Source of the DNA: an uncultured Planctomycetota bacterium
Lineage (GTDB): Bacteria > Planctomycetota > Planctomycetia > Gemmatales > Gemmataceae
Assembly (NCBI GenBank): GCA_963849325.1
Contig: CAWKHF010000008.1
Location: 64,001 to 128,000, forward strand
Direction: 5' to 3'
Length of the DNA: 64,000 nt
Below the pieces are notes generated by a model. It saw only the letters and a list, made by a program, of their open reading frames with translations, was not told the DNA's origin and did no database searches. Shown in pieces: positions 43,283-54,663 of this stretch (position 1 is its first letter; each line of letters opens with the position of its first letter). Made by a program: the position numbers and the translations under genes.

Positions 43283-44416
43283 ATGGACTATCCCGCGCAG
43301 CGACGCGAACGGCTGGCCCGCCTGCGAGCCGACGAGGGCATCGACGCCCTGCTGATCAGCAGCCCGGTCAACGTCACCTACCTGACCGGCTTCACCGGCG
43401 AGAGCAGCGTCCTCCTGCTCAGCCGCGACCGGACCCTGCTGGTCAGCGATCCGCGTTACACCGGCCAGCTCGCCGACGAATGTCCCGGAGCTGCGACGCA
43501 CATCCGGCCGCCGTCGCAGAAACTGCCCGAGGCCGTCGCCGAGGTGCTCGAAGCGTCTCGGCGTCCGCTCGGTCGGCTTCGAGAGCGGCGCCGTCACCGT
43601 GGCCGAGTTCGAGTTCCTCCGCGGTCTGACGCCGAGCCTGGACTGGAAGGGCGGCGACGACCGCGTCGAGCGGCTGCGCGTGGTCAAGGACGACTCGGAG
43701 CTGGCGCCAGATCCGCGACGGCCATCGACGTGGCCGAGCGCGCCTTCACCGTCTTCCGCGCTCTGCTGCGGCCCGAAGACACGGAGAAGGACCTGTGCGA
43801 CGCCCTGGAGCACTACGTCCGCCGGGCCGGCGGCGCGGGCACGTCGTTCCCGCCCATCGTGGCCGTGGGCGAGCGGGCCGCCCTGCCGCACGCGCCGCCG
43901 ACGGATCGCAGGGTGGACTCGGGCGAGCTGCTGCTGGTGGACTGGGGCGTCAGCGGCCGCTGCTACAAAAGCGACTTGACACGCGTTCTGGCTACCCGTA
44001 CAACGGCTCCTTTCTCCGGCACAGCCGTCGACGTCCGAAACTGGAAGAGGTCTATGCGGTGGTGCTGCGGGCGCAGGAGGCGGCGCTGCGGGCCGTGCGG
44101 CCCGGCGTGTCCACGCCGTGACATGGACGCCGCCGCTCGCGGCGTCATCGCCGAGGCGGGCTACGGCGACTACTTCGGCCACGGCCTGGGCCACGGCATC
44201 GGCCTGCAGATCCACGAGGCGCCGTGGCTGCGGCCCAACTCCGACACGCTGGTCGAGGCCGGCATGGTCTTCACCATCGAGCCGGGCATCTACCTGCCCG
44301 GCTGGGGCGGCGTGCGGATCGAGGACGACGTGCTGGTCACGCCCGACGGCGTCGAGCTGCTGACCCACCTGCCGCGCGACCTCGATGCCATGCGCGAAAC
44401 AAGTTCTGAGTTCTGA
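43283..44416 (+). CDS. Xaa-Pro aminopeptidase (M24B; frameshifts)
   Basis: NVTYLTGFTG, YKSDLTR, HGLGHGIGLQIHEAP, TIEPGIY, GGVRIEDD. Confidence 0.92.
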   Translation: MDYPAQRRERLARLRADEGIDALLISSPVNVTYLTGFTGESSVLLLSRDRTLLVSDPRYTGQLADECPGAATHIRPPSQKLPEAVAEVLEASRRPLGRLRERRRHRGRVRVPPRSDAEPGLEGRRRPRRAAARGQGRLGAGARSATAIDVAERAFTVFRALLRPEDTEKDLCDALEHYVRRAGGAGTSFPPIVAVGERAALPHAPPTDRRVDSGELLLVDWGVSGRCYKSDLTRVLATRTTAPFSGTAVDVRNWKRSMRWCCGRRRRRCGPCGPACPRRDMDAAARGVIAEAGYGDYFGHGLGHGIGLQIHEAPWLRPNSDTLVEAGMVFTIEPGIYLPGWGGVRIEDDVLVTPDGVELLTHLPRDLDAMRETSSEF

Positions 44417-44482
44417 GTTCTGAGTTCTGAGTGAAAACAATGGACTATCTTCACTCAAACTCAGAACTCAGAACTCAGAACT
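44402..44482. repeat. Heptamer (GTTCTGA/TCAGAAC) inverted tandem repeats
   Basis: (agttctg)4 ... (ctcagaa)3. Confidence 0.9.
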
Positions 44483-44499
44483 GACGAAGGGAGATCGCG

Positions 44500-44987
44500 T
44501 TGGCCGACGATGCACGCAATAATCCCGGTCCCTTCGACGTGCGGACGATCGAGCAGCTCGTCGCGCTGATGAGCCAGCACGACCTGAGCGAGATCGACCT
44601 GCGCGAGGGCGAACAGCGCATCCGCCTGCGTCGCGGCGTGGCGGCGTCGGCCGTCGCCCGTTGCCGTCGAACCGCCGGCCTTCGTCGGCCACTCCGGCGC
44701 CGAAAGCCGCCGGAAGCGGCCGCCGACGCCGCCGGCTCGTCAAGCTCCATCGAGATCAAGAGCCCGCCGTCGGCACCTTCTACGCCCAGGCCAAGCCCGG
44801 CGCGCCGCCCTACGTCAGCGTCGGCGTCCGCGTCACGCCCACCACCGTCGTCTGCCTGATCGAGGCCATGAAGATCTTCAACGAGATCACCGGCCGACTG
44901 CAGCGGCGTCATCCCGAAGTGCTGGTCAAGAACCAGGAGTCGGTCGAGTTCGGCACGGTGCTGTTCCGAGTCGATCCCAACGCCTGA
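44500..44987 (+). CDS. accB: Acetyl-CoA carboxylase biotin carboxyl carrier protein (frameshifts)
   Basis: HDLSEIDL; VGTFY; IEAMKIFNEI biotinylation motif; VEFGTVLF. Confidence 0.92.
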
Positions 44988-44991
44988 GCAA

Positions 44992-45052
44992 TCAGGGGTC
45001 AGGGGTCAGGGGTCAGCAAGCTCTGACCCCTGACCCCTGACCCCTGACCCCT
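44992..45052. repeat. Heptamer (TCAGGGG/CCCCTGA) inverted tandem repeats
   Basis: (tcagggg)3 ... (tgacccc)4 between accB and accC. Confidence 0.9.
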
Positions 45053-45056
45053 ACTT

Positions 45057-46414
45057 ATGTTTCAACGCATCCTGGTCGCCAACCGCGGAGAGATCGCCCT
45101 GCGGGTCATCCGCGCCTGCCAGGACCTGGGCATCGAGGCCGTCGCCGTCTACAGCGAGGCCGACCGCGACGCGCCGTACCTCGACCTGGCCGACGAGGCC
45201 ATCTGCATCGGCCCGGCCGCGGCGACGCGAGAGCTACCTGAAGATCGCCGCGACTCATCAGCGCCGCCGAGGTCGCCGACGTGCAGGCCATCCATCCCGG
45301 CTACGGCTTCCTGTCGGAGAACGCCCACTTCGCCGAGGTCTGCCGGGATTGCAAGATCGAGTTCATCGGCCCGCCGCACGAGGCGATGCATCGGCTGGGC
45401 AACAAGAACGAGGCCCGCAAGCTGGCCCAGAAGGCCGGCGTGCCCGTCGTGCCCGGCAGCGAAGGGCTGATCGAGAACGACGAGGAGGCGCTGCACCTGG
45501 CCCGCGGCGATCGGCTTCCCGGTGCTCATCAAGGCGGCGGCCGGCGGCGGCGGCCGCGGCATGCGCGTGGCCCGCGACGACACTCAGCCTGCAGACCGGA
45601 CTCCAGGCCGCCCGCCAGGAGGCCGAGAACGCCTTCAAGGACGGCAGCGTCTACCTGGAGAAGTACATCGAGCAGCCGCGGCACGTCGAGGTGCAGATCC
45701 TCGGCGACCGCCACGGCAACGTCGTCCACCTCTGGGAGCGCGACTGCTCGCTGCAGCGCCGCCATCAGAAGCTGGTCGAGGAATCGCCGGCGCCGAACCT
45801 GCCCGACGCGGTGCGCGAGGCCATGTGCGACGGCGGCCGTGCGCCTGGCCAAGACGGCCGGCTACTACAACGCCGGCACCTGCGAGTTCCTGGTCGATAA
45901 GCAGAACCGCTTCTACTTCATCGAGGTCAACGCCCGCATCCAGGTCGAGCACCCGGTCACCGAGCTGGTCACCGGCATCGACCTGGTCAAGCGAGCAGAT
46001 CCGCATCGCCGCCGGCGAGCCGCTGCCGTTCCGCCAGGAGGACATCGCGCACCGCGGCTGCGCCATCGAGTGCCGCATCAACGCCGAGGACCCCGCCGCA
46101 CGACTTCCGGCCCTCGCCCGGCCTCGATCACGCGCTGGCAGCCGCCCGGCGGTCCCGGCGTGCGCCTCGACACGCACGTCGTCGCCGGCTACCGCGTGCC
46201 GCCCAACTACGATTCGCTGGTCGCCAAGCTGCTCGTCCACCAGCCGACCCGCGCCGAGGCGCTGGCGTGCATGCGCCGCGCCCTCGACGAGTTCGTCGTC
46301 GAGGGCATCAAGACGACCATCCCGCTCCACCGCGACATCTTCAACCATCCGGCCTTCATCGACGGCCAGGTCGATACGACGTTCATCGAGCGGACGTGGC
46401 AGAAGAAGGCGTGA
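45057..46414 (+). CDS. accC: Biotin carboxylase (many frameshifts)
   Basis: [81 protein letters not shown]. Confidence 0.95.
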
Positions 46415-46444
46415 CCGCGTTCCGAGAAAGGACAGCATCCCGTT

Positions 46445-47800
46445 ATGAGATCTTTTACCGCTCTTGCTCTCCTTTTCTCGCTTTTCTTCCTCCCGCTTCG
46501 GGCGGACGAGTTTACCAAGGAAAAGCTCGACAACTGGCACCAGTGGCGCGGCCCGCGGGCCGACGGCACGGCGCCGCACGGCAAGCCGCCTCTCAAGTGG
46601 GACGACCAGACCAACATCCGCTGGAAGACGGCGCTGCCCGGACTGGGCAGCGCGACGCCGATCGTCTGGGGCGATCTGATCTTCGTGCTGACCGCCGTCG
46701 ATACCGGCCGTCAGGCCGCGCCGGCCGACATCCCCAAACCGGACCCGCGCTTCCGCAAGCAGACCGTACCGCCGACGACGTATCATCAGTTTCTCGTCCT
46801 GGCCATCGAGCGCAACAGCGGCAAGGTCCGCTGGCAACAGGTCGCCGCCGAGGCCGTCCCCCACGAAGGGCATCATCCGACGCACAGTTACGCCGCCTCT
46901 TCGCCGACCACCGACGGCAAGTTCCTCTACGTCTCGTTCGGTTCCTTCGGGCTGTACGGCTACGATTTCGCCGGCAAACTCCAGTGGAAACGCACCGACC
47001 TGCCGCGCCTGGAGACGCGCTACGGCTGGGGCGAGGGCGCCTCGCCGACGCTGCACGGCGATGCCCTGATCGTGCCTCGGGACCAGGAGGGCGCCTCGTT
47101 CCTGATCGTCCTGGACGCCCACACCGGCAAGACGCGCTGGAAGGTCGAGCGCGAGGAAGTCACCACCTGGGCGACGCCGCTGGTCGTCGATTACCGGGGC
47201 CGGACCCAGGTCATCGTCCCGGCGACGAAGCGCATCCGCAGTTACGACCTCGCCGACGGCCGGGTCATCTGGGAGTGCGGCGGACTGACCGTCAACTGCA
47301 TTCCGTCCGCCGTGCGCTTCGGCGATTCGGTCATTTGCCTGAGTGGCTACCGTGGTGCCGCCGCCTTCCGCATTCGCCTCGACGCGACCGGCGACATCAC
47401 CGGCAGCGACAAGATCGTCTGGTCGTACAAGCGCGGCACGCCCTATGTGCCGTCGCCGTTGTTGACGGGCGATCGGCTGTATTTCACCTCCACTAACGAG
47501 CCATTGTTGACGTGTCTGAACGCGAAGACGGGCGCGGTCATCCTGGACCGCGAACGGCTGCGGGGGCTGGGCAGCCTGTACGGCTCGCCGATCGAGGCGG
47601 ACGGCCGCATTTACCTCACCGACCGCGACGGCACGACGATGGTGCTCCAGCGCGGCGACAAGGTGAAGGTGCTGTCGGTCAACCGCCTGGACGAGCCGAT
47701 CGATGCCTCGCCGGTGGTGGTCGGCAAGCAGTTGTTCCTGCGCGGGGCGAAGCACCTGTTTTGCATCGAGGGTGAGGGACCGCGTGGTCCCCAGCGATGA
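46445..47800 (+). CDS. Secreted PQQ-like beta-propeller protein
   Basis: Signal peptide; [26 protein letters not shown]; repeated SP/TP blade motifs. Confidence 0.88.
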   Translation: MRSFTALALLFSLFFLPLRADEFTKEKLDNWHQWRGPRADGTAPHGKPPLKWDDQTNIRWKTALPGLGSATPIVWGDLIFVLTAVDTGRQAAPADIPKPDPRFRKQTVPPTTYHQFLVLAIERNSGKVRWQQVAAEAVPHEGHHPTHSYAASSPTTDGKFLYVSFGSFGLYGYDFAGKLQWKRTDLPRLETRYGWGEGASPTLHGDALIVPRDQEGASFLIVLDAHTGKTRWKVEREEVTTWATPLVVDYRGRTQVIVPATKRIRSYDLADGRVIWECGGLTVNCIPSAVRFGDSVICLSGYRGAAAFRIRLDATGDITGSDKIVWSYKRGTPYVPSPLLTGDRLYFTSTNEPLLTCLNAKTGAVILDRERLRGLGSLYGSPIEADGRIYLTDRDGTTMVLQRGDKVKVLSVNRLDEPIDASPVVVGKQLFLRGAKHLFCIEGEGPRGPQR

Positions 47801-47846
47801 TTCCCCCTGCCAACAACCTGTTTTCCCCAATGGCGAGCGGAGGCCG

Positions 47847-48038
47847 TTATTTGAAACGCCAGAAGCGATGGCCACAATCGCGGCACCGATAGGGCCGAAC
47901 CAGCAACGCACCGAGGAGACTCTCCGCGGAGGATCGCTGGGAGAGGCGCGTATTCCGGCTCTTGCAATGGGGACAGACCTTGGCGGGGGGCCGCCAGGCG
48001 TTCACGATCCGGCGAGTCATCGTTGACTCCGAAATCAA
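47847..48038 (-). CDS. Small zinc-ribbon protein
   Basis: CPHC...RPYRCRDCGHRFW; start uncertain. Confidence 0.6.
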   Translation of the reverse strand: MISESTMTRRIVNAWRPPAKVCPHCKSRNTRLSQRSSAESLLGALLVRPYRCRDCGHRFWRFK

Positions 48039-48144
48039 GCGTTACCACTACGCTGGGGAGGCGACGAGTCTGGAGAGAGAATATGTAAGATAAGAACGAA
48101 TGGAAGTGAGTTTGGCAAGTAAAAAAAGCAAAAAGCGGAGAACT

Positions 48145-48203
48145 TCCGAGCCGCGAGCGTCAGCGAGCGGGAACGTCCCGCTCGCTGACGCTCGCGGCTC
48201 GGA
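48145..48203. repeat. REP-like palindrome, family C variant
   Basis: tccgagccgcgagcgtcagcgagcggga...tcccgctcgctgacgctcgcggctcgga. Confidence 0.85.
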
Positions 48204-48213
48204 CCATGAGACA

Positions 48214-49794
48214 TTACTCCTCCACTGGCATCTGATAGCACACGGCTTCCTTATCGTTGCGCACCAGCAGATACGGCCCGGACAGGACGGGGTTGTTCCA
48301 CGTCATGCTCGGGAGCGCCGGCAGGCGGCCCAGTTCCCGGAACTCGTCGGGGTTGGCCTCGACCAGTGCCACGTATCCCTCCTCGGCCTGCACGAGGAGG
48401 AGGTCGCCGACAAGCAGCACCTGGCCGAATTTGTAGCGCTCGCCCTTCCACTTCCGCTCGCCCGTCTGGAGATCGATGCAGGCGAGGTAGCGGTCGTCCA
48501 GTCCGAAGGCGCGGTCGTGGGCCATGACGACGTTGGAGAACTGCGTCCGCATGTTGCGGTTCTGCCACAGTGTCTCCAATTTCCATGCGCCGTCAGCGTC
48601 TCTGGTGATGTGCAGCAGGACACAGCCGACGCCGTAGCCGGCCGACAGAAAGACGCGGTCGCCCGACAGCGGCACCGGCTGCGACGCCTTGGCCCAGTCG
48701 CTGGGCCAGGAGAAGTCCCACAGCACCTTGCCGTCCGTCGGATCGTGGCCGGTGACGCTGTGGGCGTTGACGCTGAGGATTTGCCGTTTGCCCGCCAGCG
48801 TCGCCAGCGCCGGTGAGCTGTAGCTGGCATCATCCGTGCCGGCCTTCCACAGCGGTTTGCCCGTGTCCTTGTGATACGCCAGGAGCGATGGACCCTTCTC
48901 TCGGCCGCCGGTGACGATCACCTTGTCGTCCAGGACCAGCGGCGAACACGCCTTGCCCCAGATGACGTTGGTCAGATTATTTTCGGCGAGAGTGTCGTGC
49001 GACCAGAGATTGTCGCCGGTGGCGGCGTCGAGGCAGTCGAGGATGCCGGTGCCTCCGAGCGTGTAGACACGGCCTTCGGCGAGAGTGGGTGTGGCTCGCG
49101 GACCATCGCCGCCCTGCTTGTCGTGGAAGCGCGCCTCGTGTCCGTGCTTCCAACGCACCTTGCCGGTCTTCAATTCGTAGCAGACGACCAGCTCCTGATC
49201 GCCGCGCTGCTCCTGGGTGACAGCGTAATCGCCGGCGACGGCGAAGGCGGACCAGCCCAGGCCGATCTTCCGCCGCCACAGTTCTTTCGGTGGGTGGGCC
49301 TTCCAGTCACGGGCCAGTCGGACGCCGTGGACCACGCCATCGCGGTCTCGGCCGAGGAATTGTGGATAATTCGTATCCTTATCAGCGGTCAATTCGACGC
49401 CCTTGACCTCGGCTGCCGTCGGTTCGACCCGCAAGTCCTCCAGTGACGCCTCGGTGCGCGGCGTCCACTTCCACTTCAGCCGCGGCACGCCGGAACCGCT
49501 GAGGGAGCCGTTGAACTCCAGCACTTGACCCAGGCCGAACAGGATACCGGCCACCGCGGCGCTGGCGCCGATCAACAGGGCGAAGCGCTGCCACCAGCGC
49601 AGCCCGCTGAAGAACAGCATCCAGACGATCAGCAACAGCGGCGTTGCCAGGATGATGCCCGACAGGATGTGAAATTGCAGTACGGGTTCGAGAGCGTCGG
49701 TCAGCACGATGGCCGCGAAGCCGCCGCCGCCCAGAAGAAGCGTCGCCGCCGGCATCCACAGCCGTTTCAGCCGACGCGGTTGAGTCGTCTCCAT
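48214..49794 (-). CDS. Membrane-anchored PQQ-like beta-propeller protein
   Basis: Three N-terminal TM helices; YPQFLGRDRDG; GDGPRATPT; TWNNPVLSG. Confidence 0.88.
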   Translation of the reverse strand: METTQPRRLKRLWMPAATLLLGGGGFAAIVLTDALEPVLQFHILSGIILATPLLLIVWMLFFSGLRWWQRFALLIGASAAVAGILFGLGQVLEFNGSLSGSGVPRLKWKWTPRTEASLEDLRVEPTAAEVKGVELTADKDTNYPQFLGRDRDGVVHGVRLARDWKAHPPKELWRRKIGLGWSAFAVAGDYAVTQEQRGDQELVVCYELKTGKVRWKHGHEARFHDKQGGDGPRATPTLAEGRVYTLGGTGILDCLDAATGDNLWSHDTLAENNLTNVIWGKACSPLVLDDKVIVTGGREKGPSLLAYHKDTGKPLWKAGTDDASYSSPALATLAGKRQILSVNAHSVTGHDPTDGKVLWDFSWPSDWAKASQPVPLSGDRVFLSAGYGVGCVLLHITRDADGAWKLETLWQNRNMRTQFSNVVMAHDRAFGLDDRYLACIDLQTGERKWKGERYKFGQVLLVGDLLLVQAEEGYVALVEANPDEFRELGRLPALPSMTWNNPVLSGPYLLVRNDKEAVCYQMPVEE

Positions 49795-49993
49795 CGCTTT
49801 TCATCCTCCGTAATGGGTGCGCCACGGAGCGCGGGTTTCCTGCCTTCATTGTAGGCCGATATCGTCATGCAGATTACATGAGTGGCACATAAGGGCTTGC
49901 CACAAGTTACTGGTAACCAAGACACTTGTGTCTCGCCTAATCCGTGCATGCCCATTTATGCTGGTACTCATTACATGGCCATTACATAAGGAT

Positions 49994-51460
49994 TCACGCC
50001 CAAAACGGCACGTATTTGGCGTAGCGCTTTGAGGCGCTATCTGGGTCGTACAGCTTGATCAAACCCTCCTTGAGCGTCTCCTTGATGATCTTCGAGGCGA
50101 TCGGATAGTTCGTATCGCTGATGGCGAAGCGTTGCCGCAGGGAGGCGTTGGTCATCTGCTTATTCGAGACGTGGCAAAGGCAAGCGTGCTGGTAGCAGGC
50201 ACGGATTCGATCCTTGGCGTCCATGTCCGCCAAGCGCTGGTAGGCGAACAACGTGGCTTTGGTATGACCTTCGATCACGGTGAAGTCTGGGGCGGGCAGC
50301 TGAAACAACTCGATTTGGGAGACGACTTTGTCGATGCCGCTGCCGCGTTCTTCGCAGATGTTCATCCTGCGCATGAAAGAAGCGAGGGACTCGTTGCGGG
50401 AGCGCGGCGGTGTATCGATGAAGCGCAAAGTGTTCATCAGGGGAGTTCCCGGATTGGTGATTTCCATCCGATCCGCGAAGATTTCCACCATCGGTCCCGC
50501 GCCTGTCACCGTAAAGTCCTGATGGATCAAGGCGTTGGCGATCAGTTCCCGAACAGCGATTTCGGGATACATCCGCTCTTCCTGCCGGAACGCCTGGCCG
50601 ATTTGTTCATTCTGCGGTAGCTGCGAGTTGATGAAAGCGATGGCCGCTTCAAAGCCCACGGCATAGCCCTTCCGAGCGGCCGGATCGCTCCATTCCCGGT
50701 TCGTCAGAACCCGATTCTCTCCCCGATAGACCATCACTCGCAATGCCTTGCGCGAAAGTCGCTCGAAATTATCCAAGTTTTTGGCGAAGAGGACCGCCCC
50801 CAAATTGGTGACATCGAAGTGATCGCCTCCCTTGGAGACAATGATCTTTTCATCGACCAATCGATCCACGATGGCGGCGCGGTTCTGCGGCAGCCTCCGC
50901 CGAGTCAATTCAAAGTACGCCGGGTAGTCCAGTAGCGTCAATACCTGGTCGGAAGTCACCTTGGGACGAGCAATTCCGCTTTCAAACGTGACTTCCGCGA
51001 AGATCGCCCACAGCGCTCGCTCCTTCTCGGGGAACTCCCGAAGACGCATTTTCTGGCTGCCGATACGAATGAATTCCGCGTCCTTGAAACGAACAGGTAC
51101 GTGAGATGCCGGAGCCACTTCCATCAAGACAACGGGGTGGCCCTCGAACACCAACTCGCGGAGGTGAAAATCGATACGCGGCGACAGCTGGAGGGCCAAC
51201 CAGCCTTCCAGAGCCTGGCCGCCTTTCTTCTCCCGCTTGGGCTTGAAGGTGGTGCCCACTACTCGCCGGCTGGAATCCTCGATACCCCAAATGAGGTAGC
51301 CTGCTTCTTTACGGTGCAAGGCAGCCGAATTGGACAAAGCAGACAGATACTCCCCGATCTGCTCCGGATCGGAGTTGTTGTGCTTCCACTCGACCCATTC
51401 CGTCTCCGCGGGGAGTGCGAGTAGATTGTGGAGCAGATGAGATAGGGACGCCTCCGTCAT
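49994..51460 (-). CDS. AlbA_2 (Schlafen-like) domain + HATPase_c_4/RecG-C-like domain protein
   Basis: ETEWVEWKHN, SALSNS...GYLIWGIED; YPEIAVRELIANALIHQDF; EITNPG; RNESLA; EERGSGIDK. Confidence 0.85.
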   Translation of the reverse strand: MTEASLSHLLHNLLALPAETEWVEWKHNNSDPEQIGEYLSALSNSAALHRKEAGYLIWGIEDSSRRVVGTTFKPKREKKGGQALEGWLALQLSPRIDFHLRELVFEGHPVVLMEVAPASHVPVRFKDAEFIRIGSQKMRLREFPEKERALWAIFAEVTFESGIARPKVTSDQVLTLLDYPAYFELTRRRLPQNRAAIVDRLVDEKIIVSKGGDHFDVTNLGAVLFAKNLDNFERLSRKALRVMVYRGENRVLTNREWSDPAARKGYAVGFEAAIAFINSQLPQNEQIGQAFRQEERMYPEIAVRELIANALIHQDFTVTGAGPMVEIFADRMEITNPGTPLMNTLRFIDTPPRSRNESLASFMRRMNICEERGSGIDKVVSQIELFQLPAPDFTVIEGHTKATLFAYQRLADMDAKDRIRACYQHACLCHVSNKQMTNASLRQRFAISDTNYPIASKIIKETLKEGLIKLYDPDSASKRYAKYVPFWA

Positions 51461-51623
51461 GGATCGATCTCGCCAATCTCAAGAGGATTGTTGCCAAGGA
51501 AGTCCCTTGCCAAGCTGCGGGCTACTGAGGACAGATGGATCGCTCATTTCCCCCTGGGTAGCTGAGATACCACGTCCTTCATTCTACGGATAGAGGACAA
51601 CGAAAGTTGCGCAACGGCGAGTG

Positions 51624-52310
51624 TCAGCGCGTGCTTTTGTCCGTGCCCTCGGCCGGCGTCGTTTCGTCGCTCTTGGGCGTTTTCGGCGCCGGCGGCACGG
51701 GCGGCCGTGGCGCCAACGGATCGAGATGGGTGAAATCGACGAGGATCGTGGCGCCGCCACGGATGGCGATGTGGCGAACGTCCTCGACCGGCTTGCCGTC
51801 GAACAGCCAGCGCGCCCGCACCTCGTAGACGTAGCCCTTGGCGGGATCGAGCGGCGGTGAACGATAATGGCGCCGCATGCCGGTGCTGCGCATCTTCCGG
51901 CCCTCCAGCCAAACCTCGGCGTCTAAAGGCACCTGCACCTGGAGCAGCGCCGTCAGCGACATGGCCGGCGGCAGGGCGGCGTAGGCCGACGGCGGACCGT
52001 ATACCGGCAGCGGTGACGGCGATTCCGTCGTGTAGCTGGTGCGGCCGTAGGTGAAGTACGCGGCGCTGGGCACGGAAGCCGGGTTCGGACCAGGGCCGTA
52101 GCCGTAAGCGGAGGGAGGCAAGTTGATGCCGAGGAAGGGCACGATGCCTCCACCGCCCTGGCTGGCCCCCCCGGCGGTGGGACCTCCGACAGCGGGACCG
52201 GGACCGCGAAAACCCATGCCCTGGGGCCACTGACCGAAGCTCTCGGGAGTGATCGCCGCCAACACAACCAGGGCCAGCCCCACTATCTGTATCGAAAACC
52301 CGCGTTGCAT
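51624..52310 (-). CDS. TIGR03000 domain secreted protein
   Basis: Signal peptide; VQVPLDAEVWLEG...RHYRSPPLDP.KGYVYEVRARW...VDF. Confidence 0.85.
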   Translation of the reverse strand: MQRGFSIQIVGLALVVLAAITPESFGQWPQGMGFRGPGPAVGGPTAGGASQGGGGIVPFLGINLPPSAYGYGPGPNPASVPSAAYFTYGRTSYTTESPSPLPVYGPPSAYAALPPAMSLTALLQVQVPLDAEVWLEGRKMRSTGMRRHYRSPPLDPAKGYVYEVRARWLFDGKPVEDVRHIAIRGGATILVDFTHLDPLAPRPPVPPAPKTPKSDETTPAEGTDKSTR

Positions 52311-52382
52311 GATCGATTCTCTTCGGTGCTCGTTCCACGGCAAGCGGCGAAAGGCGCTTCAGATGAACACTACAACATGATT

Positions 52383-54663
52383 TCACAGCATGTTGAACGG
52401 ATCCACGTCCAGCGTGAACTCCACGCCGGCCGGCGGCCGCTGGGCCGGCAGCACGGCACGGAGCACCTGGTGCAGCGCGGCCGGACTCGGCGATTGCAGC
52501 TGGAAGTGGAAGCGGTAATAGCCCTTCAGCCGGAACACCGGCGCCTCGGCCGGCCCGAGCAGGCGCACTTCCGGCGGCGCCGGCGCGGCCAGCGCTTGCA
52601 AGGCTCGCTGGAAGGCGTCGGCGAGTTGGTCGGCGAAGGCGGCCGCCGCCTGCTGCTCGCGGCTGCGGACGATGATCCGGGCCAGCCGCTGATACGGCGG
52701 ATAATTGTGCTGTCGGCGGTGCGTCATCTCGGCGGCGACGAAGCCGGCGTAGTCGTGCGTCGCCGCCAGCGCGATGCACGGATGCTCCGGCGTGAACGTC
52801 TGCACCAGCACCCGGCCGCCGCGCGGCCCGCGGCCGGCCCGGCCCGCCACCTGCGACAACAACTGGAACGTCCGCTCCGCCGAGCGGAAGTCCGGCACGT
52901 GCAGGCCCACGTCGGCGTTGACCACGCCCACCAGCGTCACGTTCGGGAAATCCAGTCCCTTGGCGATCATCTGCGTGCCGAGCAGGATGTGGATCAGACC
53001 CTTCGCGGAACGCCGCCAGGACGCGGGCATGGCTGCCCGGCTTCCGCATCGTGTCGCTGTCCATGCGGCGCACGACGTAGTTGGGGAAACGCTCCTCGAT
53101 CTCGGCTTGCAACTTCTCCGTGCCCAGTCCCTGATAGCGCACCGCCGACTGGCCGCACAGGGGGCAATTGCGCGTGCGGCTCCTGCTCGTAGCCGCAGTA
53201 GTGGCAGAGCATGATGTCGCGTTCTTTGTGGTACGTCAGCGCCAGGTCGCAGAAGCGGCACGACTCGACGTGGCCGCACGACGGGCAATGGACGTGCGTC
53301 GAGAAGCCGCGGCGGTTGAGCAGCAGCATCACCTGCCCGCCGTCCTTGAGCGCCTCGCGCATGGCCTGTTCCAGGCGCGTCGCTGAGGGCCGACGGCCGG
53401 CCGCGTGCGCGGCGGCTCGTGGCGCAGGTCGATCAGCGCCACCGTGCGGCAGCGGCCGGTCGAGCACGCGCTGCGGCAGACTCAACAGCGTGTACTGGCC
53501 GCGCTGGGCGTTGTGCCAGCTCTCCAGCGACGGCGTGGCCGAGCCGAGCAGGATCGGGATGTTCTCCAGCCGGGCGCGCATGACGGCCACGTCGCGGGCG
53601 TGGTAGCGCGGCGTCGATTCTTGCTTGAACGTGGCTTCGTGTTCCTCGTCGATGACGATGAGGCCGAGCTGCTGCGCCGGGGCGAAGACGGCGCTGCGGG
53701 CGCCGACGACGACCTGGACCTGGCCGGCGGCGACGCGCCGCCAGTGGCCGCCGCGCTCGGCGTTGCCGAGGTGGCTGTGCAGCACGGCCACCTCGCCGCA
53801 GCGGCCGCGGAAGCGCTGGATCGTCTGCGGCGTCAGGCTGATCTCCGGCACCAGCACCAGGGCTTCCTTGCCCTGGCGCATCACCTCCTCGATGGCCCGC
53901 AGGTAAATCTCCGTCTTGCCGCTGCCGGTGACGCCGTGCAGCAGAAAGGCGTGAAAGCCGCCCTGTTGCAAGGCCGGCTCCAGTCGCTCCCAGACGGCGA
54001 GCTGATCGTCGTTGAGCGTGATCGGTCCGGCCGGCACCGCTTCCTCGTGGGTGCTATCGACGAACTGATCGATGCGCCGGGCCACGCGCCGCGCCAGTCC
54101 CTTGAGCACCAGCGCCTCGATCGGACCCGGCCCGCACTTGGCCTGCCGCGCCAGCTGCTTCGCCTCGACGGCCTTGCCGGCCTTCCGCAACAGCTCCAGT
54201 ACGGCCGTCTGCTTGGCCGTCAGCGTCGGCCGGGCGGCCGTCGCGCCTCGGGCACGGCCTCGACGAAGGTCCGTGTGCGCGTGCCGGCCTTGTCGCGCGC
54301 CCCGGCCGGCACGACGGCGTTGAGCACCTGGCCCCAGCCGCACAGGTAATAGTCGGCCATCCAGCGCGTCAGGCGCAGCAGGTTGTCGGTCAGCAGCGGC
54401 TCGTCGTCGAGCACGCCGACGAGTTCCTTGACCGGCCGCTGGCGGCGGCGTCTCGCTGAGGCGGACGCAGTAGCCGACGGTCGCCTTGTCGCCGCGGCCG
54501 AACGGCGCGCGGACGCGCTTGCCGACGGCGATGCGCCGCGCAGCTCGTCGCCGACGGCGTAGGTGAAGGCGTGGTCGAGCGGCCGATCGAAGACGACGTC
54601 GGCGAACAGGCCGGCCGTCGGCCCAGCCGCGGACGCTTCGGGGCTAAACAGATCGCGTTGCAT
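52383..54663 (-). CDS. priA: Primosomal protein N' (frameshifts)
   Basis: LHGVTGSGKTEIY, LVPEISLTPQ, IDEEHE, GSATPSLES, LLNRRGF, four CxxC-type motifs, GTQMIAKGLDFP, QVAGRAGR. Confidence 0.95.
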
